Shown here piece after piece: positions 1-9,945 of a DNA stretch of 64,000 bases. Under the pieces are notes generated by a model. It was given only the letters and a program-made list of their open reading frames with translations, made no database searches and was not told the DNA's origin. The stretch's first letter is position 1. Every line of letters begins with the position of its first letter. The stretch is from Planctomycetota bacterium (GTDB lineage: Bacteria; Planctomycetota; UBA11346). Made by a program: the position numbers and the translations under genes. The stretch spans positions 1-64,000 of the forward strand of contig JBBQSO010000014.1 in NCBI GenBank assembly GCA_038213805.1, given 5' to 3'.

Positions 1-38
1 ACCTATCGCGACGTTTCCCGCGGCGACGTCGCTTCACG

Positions 39-84
39 AGCCATCAGCCATCAGCCATCAGCCATCAGCCATCAGCCATCAGCC
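39..84. repeat. Heptamer tandem repeat (AGCCATC) x6.5
   Basis: Six exact copies plus AGCC read directly, just downstream of the stop of the minus-strand giant gene. A GACCGGC-aca-GCCGGTC hairpin follows at 85-101. Confidence 0.95.
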
Positions 85-99
85 GACCGGCACAGCCGG

Positions 100-3000
100 T
101 CACCTCTGCGGCGGCTCCACCTCCCGCACCACGCTGCCCGCCTCCGAGCTGGTGACCAGAATGGCGAACCGCGTCACGCCATCGAGGGCGTGGGCGGCGG
201 TGAGCGTGGCGTAGTCGAAGCGGCCGCGCAGGTCGGTGTAGCCGTCCTTGTGGAACTGCGGCTTGCCGGCGTGCAGGGCATAGACCTTGACGTAGACTGC
301 GGGCAGCGGCTTGCCACTGGCGCTGTCGACCACGGTGAGTTCGCCACTGGCGCTGGCCAGACGCAGGGCGCAGCGCGAGGCCATCAGCAGCAACTGCGCG
401 CGGCAGCCGGGGGCGACGGCCTCAACCTGCACGGCGCGGCCGCGCCATGCGGCGGGGATCTCAACCACGGTGGTGGCATCGCCGCTGAGCGGGACATCCA
501 GCTCGGCGGCGGGCGCCACCGGACTGGAGGGCGCACCGCTGCCAACTGCGGCGAAGGGCGCACGCGAATACGACAGTTCGAGGTCGATGGGGTGGAAGCG
601 CAGCACGCAGCCGGTCAAGCGCTGGTGGACGATGCGCAGATGGGTCTCGTCGGCCTGTGCGAGGTCGAGGCCGGGGGCTGCCGCCGACTGGTTCTCCTGC
701 CGCACCGCGAGGCCGGCCAAGGGATCGCGCTCCACCACCTTGCCACCGGCCTCGGCCGCCTGGGCGGCGAGCTCGGCGAAGCGCCAGCGCCAGCGCTCGA
801 CCGGGTGTTCGCGGTAGGTCGCGGCGACCGCCGCCGCACCCGCGGCATCGCCGGCAGCCAGCGCCAGCCAGGCGCGCGCGTAGTCGTACTGGATGCCGGT
901 CGCGAGGTGGTCGCGCCGCGCCCGCACGAACTGCGCGCGCGCCTCGACGACGCGGTCCTGCAGCAGCAGGTGGCAGCACAGCATGAGGCGGTCGAGATCG
1001 GTCGGCAGCACGCGTTCCGCGAGCGCGCCGAGGAAGCTGCGATAGCGCTCCTCGAGCGCCGCGATGAGGATGCGCGGGTGCTCGCCGAAGGGATGCGCGC
1101 GCGGATTGACCAGCGGCGCGAAGTCGCTGACCGGCAGGTCGCCCTCGGCCAGCGCGTCGCGCGCCAGCATGCGGCTGGAGAGCACTGTGCCGAGCTGATC
1201 CATGAGCTCGGGTTCATTGCGCAGGAAGGCGGCGATGCCCGCGGCATCGTCGTGCAGGAAGGCGTACTTCTGGCCCACCCAGGTGCCGAGGCCACGCGCG
1301 GCGAGGGCGGCGGTGATGCGCCGGTAGGCCGTGGCATCGCGCAGCAGGCCGAGCAACGGCGCGAGGTCCAGTCCAGAGAGGTCCGCGCTGCCGAGGCCCG
1401 CCAGCACGCGTCCCAGATCGCCACTGGTGCGCCAGTCGCCGGCCGCCGGCACCACGTGCAGCTGGCCGCCACCGCCGCGCGCGAGCACGGCGTGGCCGTC
1501 GCTGGCCACCACCGGGTGCTGGGGATAGGTGCCGGATTGGGGGAAATAAAAGACCGAGCGCAGAGTGATGGTGGCGGCCGGTGCGAGCTCAAGCAGGTCC
1601 ATGCGCGTGGCCGGGGTGGCGCGCAACGCCACCGCGCCTTGCGGGATCTGCGCCAGCACCGCCAGCGTGCGCGGGCTGGAGCCGGTATTGACCAGGGTGA
1701 TGCGCTGGACGTAGGCGGTGCGTGGCGCGAGGTCGGCGACCAGCAACGGTGCGCGCTCGCTCGCCTGGACATCCTCGGCGGCGTTCGTCAGCTCGACGCG
1801 CAGCAGCACGTCGGAGGCCGCGTTGGGCAGCGCTTCGAGCGCAGCGCGCGCGAGGATCGCGGGTGAACCGGCGATCAACGTGGTGGTCTGGCCGTCGCGC
1901 ACCACCTGGTGCACGCCGGCCGTGAAGGGCAGGTCGCTGAGCGCCAGCGCGAGCAGGCGTTCCGTGGCGTCCGGGCCAAGCTCGCCCATGGCGGTGGACA
2001 GGAAGGGCGCGCCCGCGGGCGCCGCCGCGAACTCGGCCCATAGGCGCGCGGGCGGCACCAGGCCGGGGTTGCGCTCGCTACGCGGCACGCCGTGGTAGGC
2101 GCTCTCGACCAGCATGCGCGTCGCGCCGGGTTCGACGTAGAGCTCGGGGGCGGGCTCGACAGCGAGCATGAAGGCGTTGCCGGCGCTCTTGGCGCGGGAC
2201 GTCGCGGCGACCGGAGCAGGTGTCATCGCCGGGGGCGCGGCGGCGTCAGCTTCCTTCTCGAACTTCGCCCCTTCCTCTGGAGCCGGCGCTGGCGGCAGCA
2301 TCCGCGACCCCGTCGACTGCGCGGCGGCCGACTGCGCGGCGAGGTCGAGTGCGGCGCCGACCGCCCGCGCGAAGCGCTCAGCGGGTGCCGGATCTCGAGC
2401 GACCGCGTCGGCCAACCAACGCGCCTGACCACCACCAAGCGCCTGGTGGCCGGGACCGGCGAGCGCCTGGGCGAGCATCGCGCGCTCGGCGGCGTTGCAC
2501 TGTTCGAGGCGCCACGGCACCGCGTCGCCAGCGAGATCGACGCCCAGCAGCCAGCGGTCGACCAGTTCCGGCTGGGCCTTGTTGCGCAGGTAAGGCGCGA
2601 TCGCCTGGGTGAAGAAGGCGGGATCGTGGCGCGCCAGGAAGCAGTGCAGCTCGTGCCCGGCGAAGCGCCGGTAGAGCTCGCGCTTGCGCGCGTCGCTGAG
2701 CCCTGGCCACGTGCCCAGGAACGACCACTCGCCGAGATCTGCGCCATCTTGCGCCGCCAGCCAGCGCCACGCGGTGTCGATGGTGTCGATCATCTGGTAG
2801 CGCTCGAAAGCGCCGCCCAGGGCCACGCGCTCGCCCGCGCGCAGGACGCGCAGGGTCGGCACGTAGGCCAGGCCGAGGGCGGGATCGAGGGCCATGGCCA
2901 GGCGGCGGTCGCGCAGCTCTGGCGCGTGGGCCGGCAGCGTCAGCTGACGGACGGTGATGCGCGCGCCGGCGCAGGCGACCACGGTCAGCAGGCTGGCGTC

Positions 3001-6000
3001 GCCGAGCGCGGCGCGCGGAATGGTCACGCGTCCCTGCGCGTCGGCGCGCAGGTTGGCGAGCAGCGCTCCGGGATGGGCGAGGACGTCCCAGGAAGCGGTG
3101 GCGTGCTGCGGCTCCGGCGCCATGAGCGATGGCATGCGAGCCCCACCGCCCGCGCTTAAAGCGCGCCTTTTTCCGCCGCCGCTACGGCTTGCGAACGCGT
3201 CGTTGCGCTCGACCGCGCTGTCGTCGGCGGGATTGAGCACCAGGCCCGGGCGCTCGGCCATGACGCCGGGCGCCGGCACCAGGCGCCGGCGTTCGAGGAC
3301 GTAGCGCTCTTCGTCGTCGAGCTGACGGACCGCAGTGATGCTCGCGGGCCGCGGCGCATCCTCCTGTGGCTCAGCGCCCGGGCAGGCGCCGGCGATGCGG
3401 TCTCCGGCGAGAACCGCCGCGAACACGTGCACGCGCGCACCCGCCCCGGCACCGCCGAGCGGTACCACCAGCGCCTGGCCCTGCTCGACGGGAACGCCGA
3501 TCGCTAGCGCCTCGCCGCCGCCGATGGGTACGCTGCGCTCGCGTTCGACCACCACCGCGCCGACGGTGGGCCCATCAGCGACCGTCACCGGCACCAGGCG
3601 TGCGCGACCCGTGCGGTCGCGCACCGTCAGCAGATAATCGTCGGCCCCCAGGCCGGCGCAGCTGAGCACGCCGTCGGCATAGGCCAGGCGCGCGCTGAGA
3701 TCGGTCGCGCGCACCGCGCCAGCCACCTGGTAGAGGCGCCACGGCGGGTCGGCCGGGTCCATGGCGAACGCGCCGACCACGATGCTGAAGGGCGCAGCGG
3801 CGCGCACCGCGATGGCGGCGGGCAACGGCGGCGCGGGGATCAGCTCCCAGGACTCGCCGATGCGGCCGGCGCCCAGACCGCCCTCGCCGACGGCTCCAAC
3901 CTCGGCCAGCTGGCCGAGCGGGATCCGCCCGCCCGCGCCGCTGCGCAGGGTCACCGGCAGGGCGTCCTGGCGCAGGTCGCTATGCAGCTCAAGCAGCGCC
4001 GACTCATCGGCGAGCGGCTCGCCGCCGCGGCCGAGCAACAGCGCCGTCCAACCGTCCTGGTCGTGCAGCAGGTGCAGGTTGCCGAGGCGGTCGCTGTCGT
4101 TTGCCGCGCCGAGGGCGATGCGGCCCTCGAGGCTGACCGGCACCATCCCGCCATCGCTGCGGCGGCGCACGCTGCCCAGCAGCGCCACGCGCAGGTCGCG
4201 CAACTCCTCGGGGACGGCGAAGCGCACCACCAGGTCGGCGTCGTCGGCCAGGCGCAGGTTGCGGCGCACGTCGTGGCGTTCGATCTTGTCGGCGCAGGTC
4301 CAGGTCAGCTCGACGCGCGCGTCCTCGATGGTGGCGAGCGGCAGGGCGCGACCGCCGAGCAGCAGCTCGACGTGGATGGGCAGCGCCGCCTCGGCGCCGG
4401 CGACGAACTGGCTGCGCGCGCACAGCACCTGGCCGCGCAGCGCGTAGTCCTCGCGGGCCATCTGCACGCTGGCGCGGCTGGCGCGACCAGCGCCGCGCAG
4501 CAGCGCGCTGACGCGTTCGCCAGAGCCGTACGGCAGGCGCACGCGGCCGTCGGCGGCGGCGATGAAGTCCTGCTCCTTGATGCGCACCTGGGCATCGGCG
4601 ACGGTGCGCCCGCGTTCGTCGAGCAGGGTCAGCCACTGGCCGTCGCGGTCGTAGGACGGCACCGCCACCAGCTCGCCCTTGGTGATCAGCGTGCGCAGGC
4701 TGCGCCCGCCGGCGACCACATCGACCACGTACTGCCCGGGCGCCGCCAGCTCAGGCAGCGCCAGGTGCTCGCGGTGGCGCAGCAGCGGCGCCTGCGCGTA
4801 GACCACCTCGCGCTCGGCGCTCGGCACCAGGCCGGCCAGCTCGAGGTCGGCCCCAGCCTCGTGGCCGCCGCGCAGCAGCGCAGCTGCGTCGAGGCGGTAG
4901 ATGCGCACCAACAGGCGCTCGACGTGCTTGATGTCGAGGTCGAGGGCGACTGCGTCATCGCCGTCGTAGAAAGCGCGGTTGGCTGGCGCGAAGGCGAGGT
5001 CAACGCGGTCGCGCAGCTCCTCGAGCGCGCTGGCGGGCAGCGCGGCCGCGCCCGGCTCGGGCGGCTCGCCCCGCAGCAGGCGGTCCTCGGCATAGCGCCG
5101 CTCCAGCCACTCCTCGGCGATGGACGGGGCGACCGCCTTCACGTCCTCGCGCGTACGCAGCAGCTGCAGCAGCAGGTCGTCGAGCAGGTCGGCGTCGGAG
5201 ACGGGGACGATGCCGGCAGCGCGCAGCACGTCTTCCGCGGGCAGCTCGCCCTCGCCGTGCGCGGCAGTGCGCGGCACCGGCGATTCGTCGGGGCGCACCG
5301 CGAGATAGGCGAGCAGATGCGCGCGATCGTAGACGCCGAGCGCGCGCTCGGCTTCGAGCTGGGCGCGCAGCGCCTGCTGGTGGAGGCGGCCGAGGTGGTG
5401 CGGCAGCGGCGCGGAAAGTTCGGCAAGGCGCGTGGCCCAGGCGCGCTGCAGGGCGGTGTCCCAGCGCAGGCGGCGCGTGGCGAAAGCTGCGCGCTCGGCC
5501 GCGACCCAGGCGGCGACGAAGGTCTCACTGCCGCGTAGGGCCGGCCGCGCCACGGCGAGTTCGCCGAGCTGCGCGAGGGTCAGGGCGCGGTGGCAGGGCA
5601 GGTCGGCGAAGCGCGCGCCCTTGCGTTCGGTGAGGTCGGCGAGCACGGCGGCGGCCAGCGGCGCGGTGTCGGCCTGCTCAAGCAGCAGCAGCAACTGATG
5701 GCGGCGCTCGGGTTCGTGCACCTCGCCGAGCAGCCGGCGCACGCCCGCCTGGGTGAACTGCCCCGCGACCTCGGACCCACGCGCGAAGGGCTCGCGCAGG
5801 GTGGCCCAGGCGAGGAAGGCCGGGTCGAGGTGATCGCTGAGCGCGGCGCGCGCCGCGCCGGGGATGGTGTCGTCAAAGGCCAGGCTGAAGCGCGTGATCA
5901 GGCGCTTGCGGCCTTCCGCGGGATCGCGGTCGTACCACAGCACGTCTTGGCGCGCCGCGAGCCGCTCAAGCAGCTGGCCGCCGCCGTTCTCTTGCGCACG

Positions 6001-6255
6001 CCACGCCGCGATGAGGCGGTCGACCGCCGGTAAGTCACCGGTGGCCTGCAGACCCAGACCAGTGAGGAAGCGCTGCGCGTCGCTGTCCGGCACCAGTCCG
6101 GCGAGGGCGTGCGCGCGGTCATCGGCGAGCACCACCGCCTCGAGGGTCGGGATGTCCAGCTCCTGGGCTGCGCTCAGACGCGGCAGGGCACCGAACAGCG
6201 CGACCAGCGCGCAGCCAGCAAGGATGAGACGGCGGTTGCAGGTGATGATGCGCAT
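100..6255 (-). CDS. Very large (~2,050 aa) secreted hypothetical protein, possibly with macroglobulin-like beta-sandwich domains
   Basis: 6.3-kb open frame with strong GC3 bias. Likely start MRIITCNRRLILAGCALVALFGALPRLSAAQ (signal-peptide-like). C-terminal VYVKVY...FHKDGYTDLRGRFDY block. No CxEQ thioester motif seen. Confidence 0.85.
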   Translation of the reverse strand: MRIITCNRRLILAGCALVALFGALPRLSAAQELDIPTLEAVVLADDRAHALAGLVPDSDAQRFLTGLGLQATGDLPAVDRLIAAWRAQENGGGQLLERLAARQDVLWYDRDPAEGRKRLITRFSLAFDDTIPGAARAALSDHLDPAFLAWATLREPFARGSEVAGQFTQAGVRRLLGEVHEPERRHQLLLLLEQADTAPLAAAVLADLTERKGARFADLPCHRALTLAQLGELAVARPALRGSETFVAAWVAAERAAFATRRLRWDTALQRAWATRLAELSAPLPHHLGRLHQQALRAQLEAERALGVYDRAHLLAYLAVRPDESPVPRTAAHGEGELPAEDVLRAAGIVPVSDADLLDDLLLQLLRTREDVKAVAPSIAEEWLERRYAEDRLLRGEPPEPGAAALPASALEELRDRVDLAFAPANRAFYDGDDAVALDLDIKHVERLLVRIYRLDAAALLRGGHEAGADLELAGLVPSAEREVVYAQAPLLRHREHLALPELAAPGQYVVDVVAGGRSLRTLITKGELVAVPSYDRDGQWLTLLDERGRTVADAQVRIKEQDFIAAADGRVRLPYGSGERVSALLRGAGRASRASVQMAREDYALRGQVLCARSQFVAGAEAALPIHVELLLGGRALPLATIEDARVELTWTCADKIERHDVRRNLRLADDADLVVRFAVPEELRDLRVALLGSVRRRSDGGMVPVSLEGRIALGAANDSDRLGNLHLLHDQDGWTALLLGRGGEPLADESALLELHSDLRQDALPVTLRSGAGGRIPLGQLAEVGAVGEGGLGAGRIGESWELIPAPPLPAAIAVRAAAPFSIVVGAFAMDPADPPWRLYQVAGAVRATDLSARLAYADGVLSCAGLGADDYLLTVRDRTGRARLVPVTVADGPTVGAVVVERERSVPIGGGEALAIGVPVEQGQALVVPLGGAGAGARVHVFAAVLAGDRIAGACPGAEPQEDAPRPASITAVRQLDDEERYVLERRRLVPAPGVMAERPGLVLNPADDSAVERNDAFASRSGGGKRRALSAGGGARMPSLMAPEPQHATASWDVLAHPGALLANLRADAQGRVTIPRAALGDASLLTVVACAGARITVRQLTLPAHAPELRDRRLAMALDPALGLAYVPTLRVLRAGERVALGGAFERYQMIDTIDTAWRWLAAQDGADLGEWSFLGTWPGLSDARKRELYRRFAGHELHCFLARHDPAFFTQAIAPYLRNKAQPELVDRWLLGVDLAGDAVPWRLEQCNAAERAMLAQALAGPGHQALGGGQARWLADAVARDPAPAERFARAVGAALDLAAQSAAAQSTGSRMLPPAPAPEEGAKFEKEADAAAPPAMTPAPVAATSRAKSAGNAFMLAVEPAPELYVEPGATRMLVESAYHGVPRSERNPGLVPPARLWAEFAAAPAGAPFLSTAMGELGPDATERLLALALSDLPFTAGVHQVVRDGQTTTLIAGSPAILARAALEALPNAASDVLLRVELTNAAEDVQASERAPLLVADLAPRTAYVQRITLVNTGSSPRTLAVLAQIPQGAVALRATPATRMDLLELAPAATITLRSVFYFPQSGTYPQHPVVASDGHAVLARGGGGQLHVVPAAGDWRTSGDLGRVLAGLGSADLSGLDLAPLLGLLRDATAYRRITAALAARGLGTWVGQKYAFLHDDAAGIAAFLRNEPELMDQLGTVLSSRMLARDALAEGDLPVSDFAPLVNPRAHPFGEHPRILIAALEERYRSFLGALAERVLPTDLDRLMLCCHLLLQDRVVEARAQFVRARRDHLATGIQYDYARAWLALAAGDAAGAAAVAATYREHPVERWRWRFAELAAQAAEAGGKVVERDPLAGLAVRQENQSAAAPGLDLAQADETHLRIVHQRLTGCVLRFHPIDLELSYSRAPFAAVGSGAPSSPVAPAAELDVPLSGDATTVVEIPAAWRGRAVQVEAVAPGCRAQLLLMASRCALRLASASGELTVVDSASGKPLPAVYVKVYALHAGKPQFHKDGYTDLRGRFDYATLTAAHALDGVTRFAILVTSSEAGSVVREVEPPQR

Positions 6256-6367
6256 GGTCGGCCTCCCGAGGGTCGCCCGATGGTGGCGATGGGCACCGTC
6301 CATGCAAAGGAAGGTCGGCCGGGCGACGGCCGGGTGGCTAACGATGCCTGAGGCACGTGGGTTCATA

Positions 6368-7140
6368 ATAAGCGTCAAACCAAGCCGCCTAGCGACTGAG
6401 CCGTAGCCGATAGCTTCGCGTGCATGGAGGTCCCATAAAGCCAGGCCAACGCACGCAGAGCGTGCCCTGAAACGAGATGCGGTTAATCAAGGCCGAGCCT
6501 TGAGCGCTGCCTGGCGACGTTCCGACCTGTCGCGAGCAGCCAATTCCCGTCAGCACCAGGTCGGTGCTCATCTGCTCATGTACTGGTTCAAGCGCCTGCG
6601 CAAGCTGAGGACCGTGCCAGCACGTGCCACGGGGCCGGCCACTGCCCCGACCCTCTTCAGATATGACCTTCTGCGCGCGGCGCAGCTCCTCCCCCGGCGT
6701 CAGCCAGCTCCGTGGTGGAGATCCTCTTTTCCCGCGGCGTCGCCGTGCGCATCAGACCCGGCAGCGACTTGGTGCTGCTGCACACCGTGATCGCCGCCCT
6801 GGAGGCTTTAGCCGTGCTGACTTCGGCGGCACCCATCGCATCTTCACCGCTCGCCAGGCCACCGACTTGCGCAAGAGCTGCGCTTCCCTGGCGGACGTGG
6901 TCGGGAATGCCTTCGGCCAGGATCCCTTTGTCGGTGACTTTTTCGTCTTCATCGGCACGCACAAGACCCGCGTCAAGATCGTCGCCTGGGATCGCTTGGG
7001 CTTCTGACTCTGTGCGAAGCGCCCAGAGCAGGGCACCGTCACGGTGCCCACGGGTGCCGCCATCGCGGACGGCACCTGCACCATGACGCTCTCGCCGGCG
7101 CCGATTCAGATGCCGCTTGAGGGCCGCCAAAAACTTGGCC
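6368..7140 (+). mobile_element. Degraded IS66-family element (left end, tnpA and tnpB relics; no tnpC)
   Basis: ATAAGCGTC... at 6368 resembles the IS66 GTAAGCG terminus. TnpA-like pieces (LMYWFKRL; VEILFSRGVAVRIRPGSDLVLL). TnpB-like TDLRKS..L..VV...FGQDPF.GDFFVFIG..KTRVKIVAWDRLGF. Confidence 0.8.
6814..7130 (+). pseudogene. tnpB: IS66 TnpB (orfB) pseudogene
   Basis: GTG start after GGAGG, a frameshift a few codons in, and an in-frame TGA at 7005-7007 where the family has GFW. Reading continues as LCAKRPEQG. Confidence 0.8.
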
Positions 7141-7229
7141 GGCTCACGCAATGGCTGTAATCAGGATGGGCGCGTGGGGGCATATGCGTATGTCCTTTGT
7201 TGCGACTTCCCGTCTTTCTTTGCCTCTTC

Positions 7230-7600
7230 GTCCCCGTTCGCTGCCGGCTGGTCGAGCGAGATCGCCCGCGCGGACAGCAGCGAAAGGGATCGACCAAGGA
7301 ACGCATGGTCATCCACACCGCGCTCACGGTAGATTCCCGGTTTCCCTGACAGGAGTTCATCGCCATCCACAGCGCGCGCTGCACCATCAAATCGCACGCT
7401 GGCGAACTAAATCCCTTGATGAACATTGAGCCGTTCCACGCAGATTTTTTCTGTGGGCGTGAGCAAAATATTGCGGCCTCGCCGATAAGGATGGCCCTCG
7501 CCACGGCCATGCAGGCCGAGGCCGAAAGCACGCTCGCCGGACCACGGGGGGTCAGGGAGGATTTCCTCCGTCATATGCCGACGATCCGATCGGTGAGTTC
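7230..7600 (+). pseudogene. IS4-family transposase C-terminal relic
   Basis: One frame reads VRCRLVERDRP...MVIHTALT..SRFP*QEFIAIHSARCTIKSHAGELNPLMNIEPFH...GREQNIAA. This is a decayed version of the IS4 Y-x2-R-W-x-I-E-x6-K region with an internal stop. Confidence 0.55.
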
Positions 7601-7798
7601 CTCAGCGGAGAACCCTATCGCTGAAATGACGGAGCGGTGTTTCAGCGTTCTCCGACAATTTTCCTACTCACCCGACCAAACAGACACGCCCCCAGGGAAT
7701 CCAAGATGCCCTTCGGAAGGTCCGTCCAGAGGGATGGGTGATACGTGAACGCCATTGGGCCCAGCGCTCACCCACGTCGATGACGTGGCTTGGGTTCG

Positions 7799-8395
7799 TT
7801 ACTTCGCTGCCTTGGGACGGTTCAGCACCTCGTTCTTCACGCTGCCAACGATCGCCATCACCTGGTCGATCAACGCCTTCTGCACTTTGCACTCTTCGAG
7901 AGTCTTCAACAGGTTCTCGGCCACCGCATTGAAATCGGACTCGGTCAGCTTGAGATCGGCATGGATCGCGCGCAGATCCCCGCCGGCCCACGCCGTCGGT
8001 GCGCCGAACGCGGCTGCCAGGAAGGCCTTCTGCTTCCTGGCCTGCTTATCCATATTGACCTCGGCGAAGAAGTGCTTGATACGCTCGTCAGCCAGGACCT
8101 TGACATAGAACGCATCCACCACGGCGTTGATCGCGGCCCTTCCGCCGAGCTTCTGATAGAGGCTGTTTTCCCGCGCTTCGTTGAATTTCTTGCGCGAGTC
8201 ATCATCGGCGAAGGCATAGGTCCTGCCCTCGTAGACCACGGTGATCTTCGGATCGACGGGTTTTCCGCTGATCGGGCATACCGTGTTGATCTCGGTCGCA
8301 GGAACCTTCGGCGCTCCATCTTCGCACCAGCTGGCGGGACCGCCCAGTACGATAGCCAAGCAGGCGATGGCGAGACGGATGAGCAGGCTGTTCAT
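7799..8395 (-). CDS. Signal peptide + YHS-like domain + group I truncated hemoglobin (GlbN-like) fusion
   Basis: Hydrophobic N-terminus. NTVCPISGKPVD..ITVVYEGRTYAF (YHS-like). SLYQKLGG..AI.AVVD.FY..VLAD.RI..FF...QKAFL..AFG...W.G.DLR.IH..L (TrHb1). Confidence 0.9.
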   Translation of the reverse strand: MNSLLIRLAIACLAIVLGGPASWCEDGAPKVPATEINTVCPISGKPVDPKITVVYEGRTYAFADDDSRKKFNEARENSLYQKLGGRAAINAVVDAFYVKVLADERIKHFFAEVNMDKQARKQKAFLAAAFGAPTAWAGGDLRAIHADLKLTESDFNAVAENLLKTLEECKVQKALIDQVMAIVGSVKNEVLNRPKAAK

Positions 8396-8435
8396 GCTGG
8401 GCTACCTTGGGGTGATGGCGCGGGGCGCTCGCGTT

Positions 8436-8466
8436 GTTGAAGATGTATTCTTGATACATGTTCAAC
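8436..8466. promoter_or_regulatory. NsrR-type operator between the divergent globin and rrf2 genes
   Basis: GTTGAAGATGTATTCTTGATACATGTTCAAC. The core AAGATGTAT-N5-ATACATGTT matches the known 11-1-11 NsrR box, and the inverted repeat extends further outward. Confidence 0.85.
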
Positions 8467-8587
8467 GCAAGGGGCAAATTCGCTTCTGGTCCGCACCCGC
8501 GGCGATGGAATGCTGTCGCCGGATGGCCATGGTTACGCACATCCCGCCGCGCCCGCGTCGGCCGCCCGCAGTCAGGTAGTCCGCCTC

Positions 8588-9055
8588 ATGAAACTCAGTC
8601 TTTTCAGTGACTATTCGCTGCGCACGCTGATGTATGCCGCGCTGCGGGACGAACTCTTCCCGCTCGATGACGTGAGCACGGCGTACGCCATCTCGCGCCA
8701 TCACCTGGCCAAGATCGTCCACCACCTAGCGAAACAGGGATACCTGGAGACCCAGCGCGGACATGCCGGCGGCATTCGCCTGGCACGGCCAGCCCAGGAC
8801 ATCCGCATCGGCACCCTCATTCGCGAGACCGAAGCCCAATCCGTCCTCGTCGAGTGTTTTGATTCCGCCACGAACACCTGCCCGATCAACGGCAGTTGCC
8901 GGCTGAAGGGTCTGCTCGCCGAAGCCTTGGTCGCATTCTATGCCAGCCTAGATCGCTATTCTCTGCACGATCTGGTGAGCGGCCCACGCCGCGCAGAGCT
9001 GCACCGCACCCTGCTGCCGCTCGACCGCGACCATCACGGAAAGCATGGTAAATAG
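8588..9055 (+). CDS. nsrR: Rrf2-family NO-sensing regulator (NsrR-like)
   Basis: MKLSLFSDYSLRTLMY...ISRHHLAKIVHHL...GYL.T.RG..GGIRLARP, with three Cys in VECF.SATNTCPI.GSCRL. Confidence 0.85.
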   Translation: MKLSLFSDYSLRTLMYAALRDELFPLDDVSTAYAISRHHLAKIVHHLAKQGYLETQRGHAGGIRLARPAQDIRIGTLIRETEAQSVLVECFDSATNTCPINGSCRLKGLLAEALVAFYASLDRYSLHDLVSGPRRAELHRTLLPLDRDHHGKHGK

Positions 9056-9190
9056 GCGGCCTTCGTCATACCGGACGATCGCAACGGATACTGCCAACAC
9101 CGCCACGTTCGCGCGGCCGCGATCGCCGCACCAGCTGCTGAGATGCAATCGGTCATAACGAGCATGGCCTACTCTCTGGAATGAGGACCC

Positions 9191-9214
9191 CGAATACTTT
9201 TATTGCGCATCTGA
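9191..9214. promoter_or_regulatory. Possible second, degenerate NsrR site upstream of the hemerythrin-ric-qnor operon
   Basis: AT-rich CGAATACTTTTATTGCGCATCTGA with one good half-site (GCATCT) at the expected spacing. Confidence 0.35.
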
Positions 9215-9300
9215 CTCGCCACCCACGGCCATAATGGCACGAATGCCATGGCACGGTCTACGCATGGTGTCCCTCGACGCATCCACCCACCGAGGCTCCC

Positions 9301-9942
9301 ATGCACTGCGCTACCCATCTGCCCCTCGTCGACCTCACCCGCGTCAGCGCGACGAGTATCCTGTCCGGTGAGCACCAGGTCATCCTACAGGTGCTCACTG
9401 TACTGGAAAAGCTCGCCGCAATCGCGACCAGTGACCGGCGCATCCCCATCGACCATGCCAGCCGGGCGCTGGAAGTCCTGACCAGATTCGCCGACCACTG
9501 CCACCACGGCAAAGAGGAGAACGTCCTCTTCCCGGCCCTGGAGGCGATCCAACCCGGCTTCGGTCCCGTCCAGGTCATGCGCGCCGAACATGTGGAAGGA
9601 CGCGCATTCATCCGCGCCATGCTCGAGGCCGTGGCGCAGGAAGACGCCGCCCGTTTCGCCCAGGCCGCGACCGGTTACATCGCGTTGCTGCGCCAGCACA
9701 TCGCCAAGGAGGATGACGTCCTCTTCCGTTTCGCCGGACAGATGCTGACCCCGACCCAGGATGCCGAAATACTTGAAGGCTATCGCGCGATCGAACACGA
9801 TGACATGGGTAATGGGACCCACGAGCGGCTCCTGGGCATCGCTGATGCCCTGGCCACCACCTACGGCGTGCCGCGTGCCAGCGACAATCCGCAGATCATG
9901 GACCTGCTGACCGCCATCTGCGGCTGCAAGAAGAATGACTGA
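9301..9942 (+). CDS. Hemerythrin/HHE cation-binding domain protein
   Basis: EHQVI...HCHHGKEE.VLFP...MRAEH..GR...LRQHIAKEDDVLF di-iron ligand pattern. C-terminal CGC. Confidence 0.9.
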   Translation: MHCATHLPLVDLTRVSATSILSGEHQVILQVLTVLEKLAAIATSDRRIPIDHASRALEVLTRFADHCHHGKEENVLFPALEAIQPGFGPVQVMRAEHVEGRAFIRAMLEAVAQEDAARFAQAATGYIALLRQHIAKEDDVLFRFAGQMLTPTQDAEILEGYRAIEHDDMGNGTHERLLGIADALATTYGVPRASDNPQIMDLLTAICGCKKND

Positions 9943-9945
9943 GCC

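Noticed and set aside
8451..8465. FNR/DNR box TTGAT-N-TTCAA
   Set aside because: The spacing is one base too long and the second half-site is imperfect. The sequence is better explained as part of the NsrR operator.
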